Below are positions 50,391 to 64,000 of a DNA stretch of 64,000 nt, in pieces. The DNA is from Perkinsus chesapeaki ATCC PRA-425. Its lineage: Eukaryota > Protista > Perkinsozoa. Below the pieces are notes generated by a model, which was not told the origin of the DNA, made no database searches, and saw only the letters and a list, made by a program, of their open reading frames with translations. The DNA is taken from assembly GCA_013115145.1 (NCBI GenBank), contig JAAPAO010000092.1, forward strand, positions 17,114-81,113, read 5' to 3'. Both the position numbers and the translations under genes were made by a program. Position 1 is the stretch's first letter. Every line of letters begins with the position of its first letter.

Positions 50391-50959
50391 AGTGGTTCGA
50401 GGGACGGGTGGTGAGGTGTGGGGAGTGAACTACATGGAGGCATCCCAGTGGAAGGAGATGACACATGTGTTGGTCGGGCCGATGGTCCATGTAGGCTGGG
50501 TAGATGGCTGGTAGATTGTATGGTATGATTTTACGGTAGGTAGGGAGTCTGAGGAACTTCTGTCATACTGTAAGGCAGCTGGGAATGGCAGTGGATAAAC
50601 TGGTATGGGTGGACTGTAGGGATCTAATAACACCCTCCGCTGCTGGTAAGGTGTGATGCCATGATGGATTATTGGATGGGTTGTGAGAAGGAACTGTTTG
50701 GTGTCTCCTCCTCCTCCTCTTGCGGGCAACCTATCTCCATATGGCCGACTAGTGTTCAAGTTCATAGAGTCTAGGATAGGAGTATCTGCTCTGGAGAAGG
50801 GTTACCACTAACCCGGTATCATACTGTTGGCGTCGTCGTGGAGGGTCTAATAGTAAATGAAACGGGTATCGTTAATTGTATGTACCGTTATATTTAAGGC
50901 TTTGGGTTGTCAGGTCCTATAGCTGGCTGGAGCCCATCGTCACTGATAGCGGCGGTGAC

Positions 50960-51594
50960 ATGCGCCAAGAGAACAATTGGTACGTACCGAGCCAAGACGT
51001 GGTCTGTAAGGTTTTCCTTCAGGCTCGACGGGTAAAACAAGAAAGAAGCTTAAGGGCTCAGGGACGCCTTCACCGGCTACCTCGCCCGACACAAAAACTG
51101 TCCCCTCAGTGAAGCTTACTCTTCCTCGTCTTACGGAAGAGCCGCCCCGGTCATCGCCATTGCAGCTGGTCAGCATTAACTCCTATATACCGGCGCCCCA
51201 GTTGGCGGGGTCGGGCAGTTTTGTGGCGAGTCCAGTGACGCCGGTGGCGGCGGCGGAGAGGAACGGTTTAGCGCAGTCATCGGGGGGAAGGTATTCAACA
51301 TGTGAGTTCTCGCCGTACAGTCCAGCGACAAGGGACGCTTCGCCGCCTGATTGTGACGCGCCGTTGATTCCCGGTGTCACAATTACGCCTGGGAAGCATC
51401 GTCAGAGACGAAGGGCTGTAGGGGGTGTTAGGGGCCGGCAGAAGATAGCAGAAGAAACTGATGGAAAAAGCGTAAAATTGATGGAGGCTGATGCGGCGGT
51501 ACCGAGAAGGTCCATGAGGCTGTCTAGAAGTGCTCCACCTAAGAGGCCAACGGGATATCGTTTTGGACCGCCGTCTGGTGGAGTATCAACTTAA
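50960..51594 (+). CDS. Hypothetical low-complexity Ser/Pro/Arg-rich protein
   Basis: 161-aa open last exon (51109-51594), plus a probable short first exon from ATG 50960. Confidence 0.4.
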
Positions 51595-51738
51595 TTGCTG
51601 GGAAGTTGCCTAATTAACTGCCATGACATTCAGAAATGAAGGTTTCACAAACAGTGTGTTGGTTATTCCATGTGAGATGATTTTACGATTTTTCTATCAG
51701 TTTCTTCTTCAAACCTTTCACGTCTTTCCTCTTAAACT

Positions 51739-55281
<3,543 letters not shown>

Positions 55282-55519
55282 GCTGGGAGGAGGGCTGAAG
55301 TGATCATCGCCAAAACGTAAAGTTGAAGAGGTTCCGAAAGGACCTTTAAAAACAAGTCTCTCGAATGTCTAAGTTGGCTTTGGTTTAGTTGTTTCAATAC
55401 CGGGTGTTGAAGGATTGACCGTCCTGTCGAATGCCACGAGGGACGACAACAGCAGCAGCTCAAGCCTTGTCCAGACACAACAGCGGGGTGGTTGTCCAGG
55501 GGGCCACACGACGAAATAA

Positions 55520-57330
55520 CGATGGTGGTAGGCGGAGCGAAGCGATTTTTGTATTGGTGGTATTAGGGTGACCTAATATAATTTGGTTCATTATAGGCTT
55601 TCTATTTTTCGTTTTGAAGGTACACCGCCTCCTCCTCCTGACGCGGCGTGGGAGAGCGCGCTGGTGCCTTTATATGAGGAATATATCGACGTTTGTTGTA
55701 GTATGTACTTTGATGGATCATCTCAAGGGGTTACAGTGGACGGGCTGCGGAATTATTTCAGGTGGGCGGCGGCGGGGTAGTGTTGGCTGCAGAGGGGGGA
55801 TCGGCTGTTTTGTGATAGGAGGGTGCAGAATGGGGGGGTAGGGAAATAATGATAGCATATCAATGATAGTAATAACAACAATGATCATTGTAACTCGGTA
55901 CTAAATTGAAATATAGGATACTCTATAGTAAATGGCAGATTTCCTGTGACGCTTTGTGGATGGGACTCGGTCTCTGAGTTCACTGACTGGTGCTTCGATG
56001 ACTAGTAAGGTATGCTTGCCTTAGAAGGAACAGTTGAATTGCGTGTGAGGGTCTCAACTAGATAATCTTAGGAAATTAATAGAGAAGGAGCGAACGCGGC
56101 AGCCCAAGCCGGAGCCGTTGCAGCCACTTCCAGAGGAGTCTATGGCGGCCGAGGGTGCTAGTGGGATTAGGGATGGTGATGAGAGGAAGAGAGCCTTATT
56201 GGAGGAGATAGGCTCGTGTACTGGCGGACTGTTGACGTCGAGGCTGAGGAAGAGGCAAGCTATTGATTTGTAATAGGGGGAGGGGGTCCGAGTGGTGTGG
56301 TAGCCTTGCGGCACCGTGTTGTCTAGATCTAGATAGATCAGAACTACGGAGAAAAGGTTGAGGAAAGGTTAAAAGTTTTGGTGGCCGGATCCCCAATGTG
56401 ACAATTGTAGGCATTAATCTTAGGATTAATAATCTTGTTTATTTACTAAGATCCACGCGTTGGTGGTGATGGGCAAGAGTGTCGCTTGTCGGATGATTTG
56501 ATTTTTAGGTGGGGCCCATTGGACGCCGCCCTTTTCTTGGCCGGGCTGTCCCGATACGGTAGGAACTGGCATAGAATAGGCAAGCTCACAGGAGGACGGA
56601 AAGATGCTAAAGACGTTGCTGATATGTAATAGCATCCTACATTTAATTTACGCGCCACGAAATTATTAGGTACTATGGGGCGTTGAAGTCGGCAAAAAGG
56701 ACCAAGGCTTTGTGGAAGCGATACGCCTGCATCCGAGACACCACGGCGGGAGCTCCACCTAACCGGTCAACGTCATCGTAACATTTATCAATACTATTGT
56801 GCACGTATGGAGGATGTTGGGTTTTGGAAAGGCAATTGATGGGCTCGGCAATAGCTCTTTAATGTGATTCAAGAATCGTACTATCGCCGAGTGGTGAACT
56901 GAGACCGATACCACAGTCTTACCGAAGCTCTTGATGATCGGCACAAGTAGGAGGGATGCCTTCATTGCCTATTGTGGGCACAAGTATGAGGGATGCCTTC
57001 ATTGCCTATTGTGGGCACAAGTAGGANNNNNNNNNNNNNNNNNNNNNNNNNNNNNNNNNNNNNNNNNNNNNNNNNNNNNNNNNNNNNNNNNNNNNNNNNN
57101 NNNNNNNNNNNNNNNNNNNNNNTCACAAGTATGAGGGATGCCTTCATTGCCTATTGTGGGCACAAGTAGGAGGGATGCCTTCATTGCCTATTGTGGTGTT
57201 GTATTTACAACGACAGTCGCTCAACTCCTCTCCAGTTTTGTTTCATCCTCATGGACTATACTCCAGGCCGACATCACCACCAGCATCAGCATCAGCAGCA
57301 GCCAGATCTCTCCTCATTGGTAATGCTATA
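55520..57330 (+). CDS. Hypothetical multi-exon gene (fragments), interrupted by the minisatellite and assembly gap
   Basis: Exon-like pieces (EGTPPPPPDAAWESALVPLYEEYID; EESMAAEG...ALLEEIG; TETDTTVLPKLLMIGT) with GT-AG flanks. Confidence 0.3.
56940..57196. repeat. 37-nt tandem minisatellite in two variants, broken by a 96-N gap (57027-57122)
   Basis: ggcacaagtaKgagggatgccttcattgcctattgtg repeated head-to-tail with no spacers. Confidence 0.95.
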
Positions 57331-57797
57331 TTACCGAACTTTATTGATTGGTATCTTAGGTTGACCGAAGTCCATTGGATTCAATTGCCTATGAGCCGGG
57401 CAAGGGCTTTCGGAGCTCGGTACAGCTGTGGTGACTCGGCGCTGGTCTTTTAGTTGTTTTTAGCATTCTGGTGGAGTCAAGAGTGTATCTTTAACGCCTC
57501 ATGAGAGTTCATCACCTGACGGTTGGATAAGAAGGAGCAATAGTCCGCGGTTGGAGGGGTCACCAGAGAGCCCAATGGGAATGTCGATAGTGGTGAAGTG
57601 TCGTATGATGATGGAGGAGATGTCTATTGAATTGCAGCAAATGAAGGATGATAAGTCGGTGGTGGTGGAAGGGGGAAGGGAGAGTTGCCAGCAATAATCG
57701 GTGGTCATCGGGTCATGGAGGGACTATAGTGGATTAGGCTTTGCTTGTAGCACTCTTCGATTCTTCACCTTACAGCTCAAAACGTCAGCGATATAGA

Positions 57798-60030
57798 ATG
57801 TCTGAATACAGTAGTGAGGGTTCCTCAGTACGAAAGGTTAAGGTCATTCCCTGGCAGACGAACAGGGAGGGACCTTTCTACGGACTAAGTTTCGATTGTG
57901 AGTTATTTGTCGTAGATGTGATCTAGAGAGGAAAGTCCGAGGGATGGAGATTGAGGGCGCCAATCTTCGGGAGGATTATGAAAAGGAGCTGAAGCGTCGA
58001 AGGGATACACAGAATGAGTTGCAAGAAGTTGAGATAGCCAAAGGGGATCTCGAGGTCATAATGGGTTAGCTGATCAGCGCAGGTTCGATCCCCGGGAGCT
58101 CCTTTTCTCATTTCGGCTCAAATTGAGGAAGTAATATGTTTCCCAGTTTTTGAAATTGTCAGTATGGGAACGTGTGGCAGCAGCCGGAGCTAGGAAATCT
58201 GGTTGACTTTGGATTCGATGGGTGGGGCAAATTCAATGGAAAATGGGTATCATACTTGATTGTCGGTTAAGTCGCCGCTAAGTCCACGGCGCATTGACGG
58301 GAGATACTAGACGAGATAGAATCGAGTTGGACACATGAGGGAGGACGGCGGCATGTCAGGCGCAACAGGCGTCGCTAAAGCGCAAACTGCAGCTGGCGGA
58401 ATCTCGATCGTTGGAGAACGAGAGACAATGTGATGAGCTTCGAAATGAGATTGACCAGGTCAATGCCAGGTGAGCTGAGGCTTGCCCGCAGCAGCCGCTG
58501 CAGATGTTCTTGAAGGCTTTCGGAGGCGCAGACGGCGAGGGCGCGGGTGGAGGTCGAACTGGCTGATGCGGAGAACGAAATACAAACGTTGAAAACTGAG
58601 CTTTGTGAAACTGGCAGCAGACTGGTGGAGATGGAGGAGGTCCGATGCAAGGATATGGTGGGATGCTGTAGCGTTGAGGAAATGCAAGATTGCAAGATCA
58701 GGAGGACTTTCAAGGGCAGTTGGTGGAGGCGGAAAGGCATTGGAGGGAGGAACTGGATGCTAAGTACGAGGAGATCGCTCAACTTACTGACACCTTAAGC
58801 GAGACGACAGATGCTCTGGAAGCTCAACGAGCGGAAAATGGTAGTGGTGAGAAGTGGGGTGCACGCATGCGCGATGTACGCGCCGCGTGCTTGGGCTAGG
58901 CACTTGTCGGAGCGAAATTTGTCTTGGATGATAATTGACTGTGAGCTGCATGTTGTTGAAGAATTCATTAGTAATGTTAACTTTACTGAGGTCATCTTCC
59001 TGAGCTGTTTTGTATCATTTGAGGTGGTTATTGAGTATCTTGGTCATTTGAGGGATCCCCGATAGTTGAGAGGTGGTAGGCAATTTTGTTTTTAGAGGTG
59101 ATGACGGAGAGGCATGCTAGAGCGGAGGATGATCATGTACGGTACACGAAGGAGCTGCAGCATCACATACATATGGTGGAAGGCGAGGTGTTAAGGGTCA
59201 TGTGGTCTGGTGAATGGGGAGGGAGGAGGAGGAAATACGTTAATACTGTAGTTATACGGAGGAAAATAATATAATAGAAAGGAGTTTGATAGGAAATATG
59301 ATACTAGTGATACGGAGGAGATATGGAAAAGACATGATGACAATAATTAACAATTCAAGTTTGATCGCCCAGTGTGAGACCATGTCTGCCAAACCACTCG
59401 GCTCCGTTAGATGAAAAATGTGCACGAAGTTCCCCTCTGTTTATTACTTCGATGACCCTCTATGCCTGCCTGTTAGTTGAAGTCGTCATCTCGGTCGGCA
59501 AGACTGGTTGCCGAGAATGAGAGGGACAACGCTGCCTTTGCTCGGAGTCAGGTGGGAAGTGCGCACCCGGAAGGATACGCTTGTAAGCTTGGCAGGCCCT
59601 CGAGGCTGAGGCGAGCCTGCGAAGGGAATTCGCGGAGAAGCTTGAGCATCAGAGAGAGAAATATAAGAGAAGGGTAAAGAGGCTTTGAGAGGCAGGAGAG
59701 GTGAACTTGAGGTGAAGATACGCGATCTTGAAGAGGAGCTCCAGAAGAGGAAGGAGTATGAATCTCGGATTAAGGAGTTATTAAAAACCGAGGTGAGACA
59801 AGGGACGATATATGATATATGGTAGACATATATATATGTAGATATATATGGTAGATATCTGTAGACAAGGGTATGATATATGAATAATTTCTAATTGTCA
59901 ATAAATATAATGTATATAATGTCGGAGGGAGTGGGGGGGGGAATTTTAGGAGAAAGTTTTCGTGGATCTTGGCGTTGATCTTTACGCTTCAATTCCTTCT
60001 GAGGAGTAGCAGATTCTCTACCACAGGCCT
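57798..60030 (+). CDS. Coiled-coil protein, multi-exon, unknown family
   Basis: E/K/R/L-rich heptad exons (NLREDYEKELKRRRDTQNELQEVE; VELADAENEIQTLKTEL; LEVKIRDLEEELQKRKEYESRIKELL). The ends are approximate. Confidence 0.7.
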
Positions 60031-60969
60031 GTCAACTAGGCGCTCTGGGCATGATTATTTTCGAGGAAATTGTTGGTAGTGCATTTCAGATGTATAAATC
60101 GGTACTGTGGATGTGTTGTTGTAAGCCTATTATCACATTGAGGGATAATTTTAAGTAAATGTGGTCCATGTATAACTGAGAATTTCGTAAGTTTTATCAT
60201 GTACAATATTTCAATGGGGGTAGATATCAGACCTACAGTGCACGCTTGAATGCCGGAAATCCTAGATGGGGATAATCGGCTCGTCAAATTATGGATAATG
60301 TCCATTTGATGTCCACTGAATCATCTTTCCGGGCAGCTCGTACTTCCCATAATGCCAGCACACCTTACTATCGCATATAGTAGTAATTCCGCCCACCAAC
60401 AGGATTTTATATCTCACAGTGTACGTCATTGGGGTGCACTGTCAGACAAGTCTTCTCCGTCGCATGAATGACGCCAACTCCACGGTTGAGCCGGTACTTG
60501 CTGTGAGCCCTCGATGCCATCATGGTCATCGTTTTCGTGACTGTTGCATCCACCATCATCATGGCCATAAGAAAAGCCTGGAAGTTGTGGAGGTGTACGT
60601 AGCGCTCGCCGTGGTGATCGATAAGGGAGTCTAGGTCTTCGCGGCCGTGCTCTCCTGCGAGCCTGGCATCGGATGAATGCCCAAATGCTGCGGCGGCTCG
60701 ATACCTGGATGAGCAGATGAAACGAGTTGAGCGAAGGATCCTGCTAGGTGAGGTTTGGCGGGGGGTGTTGCTGTTGGAGTGGATCAGGTTTGAAGCACAG
60801 AAGGGCGAGGAGTTGCAGTCGGTCGCGGTATGATCACACAGGAGCTAGGAGTCATAGACAAGGCAGTTGAGTATAATTCAGTGTGATGTCCAGTGTCATG
60901 AGAATATCCGGATATTGTGTTCATTTCAATGTGTGGTTTTCTGACACCTCTAGCTGTTAATCTCTCAAC

Positions 60970-63560
60970 ATGTCCTCGGGAGACGCTAAGCCATCACCCT
61001 CAACCGCTGCTAACAGTCCTCCGCCTTCACCGGTCGGAGTTGCCTATATGGCTTCGTATGCTGTGCTGGCGGCACTTTTTGTGATAACCAACTTTGTCAT
61101 CATACCAGTTAATTTACAGATGATATTGTAAGGAATATCTTAGGTTGAAGCGTGATTGATACAGAATAGGTTGAGTGTATATTTTTCTTGTTGTGATAGG
61201 TATACAACTCCTATCATGTGCATCGCCTGCCATCAAAGCCTGAAACTGAACAATACCAGTAAATTAGTATCTCCCGCGTTTCAGCAAATTCATCTTTCAG
61301 ATGCCGATGGTAAGAAGGAAGGTATAGACTCCGTGTCACAGAAGGATGCGATGATGTTCCCTGTGTTTGGAAGTATAGCCCTACTCAGTCTGTAAGTCTA
61401 TATACGGCAGCAGCAGCAGCAGCTCTATATATTAATATATATTACTACAATATGTAACATAGCTTAAAGACTAAACTGGCGAATTCAATAAACTGGTTAT
61501 ACTGAAAAATAATCAAAAATATCGGTAGGTCGTATAATTTTGTAAGGGCGTGTACATTATTAAGGTATGTAGTCATGACCAATCACCACAGTTGATACAT
61601 ATGAACTGAGCTACTCCTTATCTTCATACTGTTCATATTGTCTACCCCCTTTCTATTAGGTACTTAGCGTACAAGCTGGTTTCACCTTACCTTATGAACT
61701 TGCTCCTTACAGGCTATCTAGGCTTATTAGGTGAGCCTGAATCTTCGACATCTGATTCAGACTACTTCGGTTCTGTGCTCAGGTGTGGGTGCTCTAGCCG
61801 AAACTGTGAAGCCCGTGGTTGACAACTTTTTGCCAGAGGAGATCACTAAGAACAGGTAGGCATGCGCGGAGCTCTAGACTCGGTGTCGCGCTAACTTTGT
61901 CGTAAACTGTTTGTTCCGGTTCTTCGTGAGTCGATTTCTCGAAACGAGAACGGCTGTTTGTAAATGCTTCGACGCTTCTCATGCCAATATGCTGCAGTCA
62001 TTGATGAGAGTCCCTGATGCATATCTAATAATACTTACTTCTTGTACCAGTACTACCTGGCAGAATGCTTATAGGAGATTCTTCTAAGCGAAATCCAAAG
62101 GAACTTTCCCGGCTTGCTCTCCCTTTCACTCATATCCTTGGCCCACTTGCCGTCCCATGCTTTTCCTATCAAACACCGAGTATTGTTAATTCTCGTTTAA
62201 CTTGCTTTCACGAGTTGTGTCCCAGATTTCACATCCACTTCACCATGCCAGCTATTCTGATGAAGATATTCGCAGAGAAGCCCGACGAGGATCCGAATGT
62301 GGATCTCAAGTTCAGCTACTCGCACGTAGCCTTCAACTGCCAGCCTTGTATTCTCATTATATGCCTTCTCGGCTCAGATTCTCGTTTATGGCGTGTCGGC
62401 TGTCCTCGGAGTTATCTTTGCTTGGACCAAGCAGTTCACCATTCATAACATGTTTGGTACCACATCTGAATAATCTTGCGCGCCATGAAATTGATTCTCA
62501 GGCGTGTCATTCTGCATCCAAGCTATCCGTCTGGTGTCTCTGCATAAGTTTTCCGTGGCCTTCATCCTCTTGGCTGGTCTCTTCGTCTATGACATTTTCT
62601 GGGTAAGTCTGTATATTTCATGGAAAAAGCCGCTATCGTGAATTCTCTTGCCAAGTGCATAGGTGTTGTGAACTTTGACCTCTTGTCCATTTCCATGTTT
62701 ATGAGTTATGTGATTTCATGACCATATGTGTTTCTATTATGCATGCTATCATGGGTGTGATCAGGCCATTAATCGTTGAAATATTCGCTATTCTGCTCAG
62801 TCAGCTCGGATTTGACTATTGGCCTCCGAGGGGGTTGTCCCTTCTTCGCCGTTCTCTCTCAGCGCTGGCCGGAGAGCAGATGGTTCTTCTCAGGTGTTTG
62901 GTACTGAGGTGATGGTATTCGTAGCAAAGTCATTCGATGCCCCAGCCAAGATAATCTTCCCGATATCATTTGACCCATGGAAGCAGGGTATCCTTGGACT
63001 TGGCGACATTGTTGTGCCTGGTATATTCGTGGGCCTCTGCATAAGGTATGCCCCGTGGCTTTCCGTACTACACCTTGTCTTGAACAGGTTCGACTACCAT
63101 CAGGATCAGGTTAAGAACAACCGTCAGCCTGAGAGGGACGTAGATATCCACCGTGCATTCCCCAAGCCGTAAGCTCAGGCCCGATCGACCCGCTCTATTA
63201 GCGCCTGTTAGTTACTATCATAACGTACTCATCGCCTACACACTAGGGCTTATCACTACGGGAATCGTCATGCAGGTTTGTCCTCAAGATGGAGCACGTG
63301 GCGAGGAAAAGCGTGCTCTGTCAGGTTTTCAATGCGGCCCAGCCAGCACTACTTTACCTTGTGCCATTTACCGTTTTTGCTGCTTTATTAACTGCATATA
63401 GCAGAGGTGAGGCACTTCCGACCTTGAGAGTTTCTGGAAAGCCGTATTGGGTAATTTAGGGGAGTTGAGTGATATGATGGCCTACACGGAGGGTGAGGAA
63501 GAGGATAAGAAGGATGGCGAAGAGAAGGAGAGTAAAGAAGAGGGCAAAAAGGAGAAGTGA
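60970..63560 (+). CDS. SPP: Signal peptide peptidase (A22B intramembrane aspartic protease)
   Basis: DAMMFPVFGS, LFVYDIFW-VFGT, GLGDIVVPG, QPALLYLVP; acidic/basic tail ending in the KKEK ER-retrieval motif. Confidence 0.97.
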
Positions 63561-64000
63561 ACGACTACTGTTGGCGTTCAGTTTTTATTATGATAACTTG
63601 TCCTCATTTTTTGAGACCATATCCCAGAGAATCGGTGTGGCGTTATAAATTGAACGTTCCGAGTTTTTGGACGAATATTCGGTCACGTGGTCGGGACCTT
63701 GATGCTTGGAGCTCGAAAAGCGTAACCGCCGTGCCCAATCCTCTCTCAACACGTGTATAACAAGTGCTTTGATGTTTCCGATTCTTATTTTTTGGGGGGC
63801 CTATGTCTTCTTATGACCAAGTCAATCAACCTCTCCTCCTGTTGAATATCATTTGAATCAATCGCCACCCGAATCGCTGCTAATATACATTACCTTTCCT
63901 CTTGAGGTAACTCTATCCCTTGCTAATATTGATGCGTCGCACTGCGCATAAATTGTGCAATATCTTTGGGCGAGCGATACTTGAAGAGATATCTAATGCA

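Noticed and set aside
56940-57196. CRISPR array (37-nt repeats)
   Set aside because: Units are head-to-tail with no unique spacers, there are no cas genes, and the context is eukaryotic.
59810-59885. TA-rich low-complexity tract (also CAT and CAG microsatellites at ~52817 and ~61406)
   Set aside because: Ordinary intronic simple repeats.

Overview
Eukaryotic, intron-rich genomic DNA with many ~40-60 nt GT-AG introns. The gene style suggests an alveolate, most likely Perkinsus; this is an inference and no search was run. All gene models were spliced by eye. Recognisable genes: a fused NAD(P)HX epimerase-dehydratase (Nnr/YjeF); a large membrane protein (or two genes) made of tandem galactose-binding/F5-8C-like modules; four tandem secreted-protein paralogs (one truncated); a mitochondrial-type RAP-domain protein; an OMA1-like M48 peptidase; two duplicated AAAP amino-acid transporters; a pepsin-like aspartic protease; a C2-domain MCTP-like protein; an FKBP; an IMPDH homologue lacking its catalytic Cys; a coiled-coil protein; and signal peptide peptidase. 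There are two segmental duplications, a perfect 65-nt hairpin and a 37-nt minisatellite spanning an N gap. The main unexpected signal is ten tRNA 3' fragments (T-arm plus acceptor strand plus discriminator, no CCA) in both orientations. They lie in or at inferred short spliceosomal introns of eight unrelated genes, and several introns consist almost entirely of the fragment. This suggests intron gain from tRNA halves.
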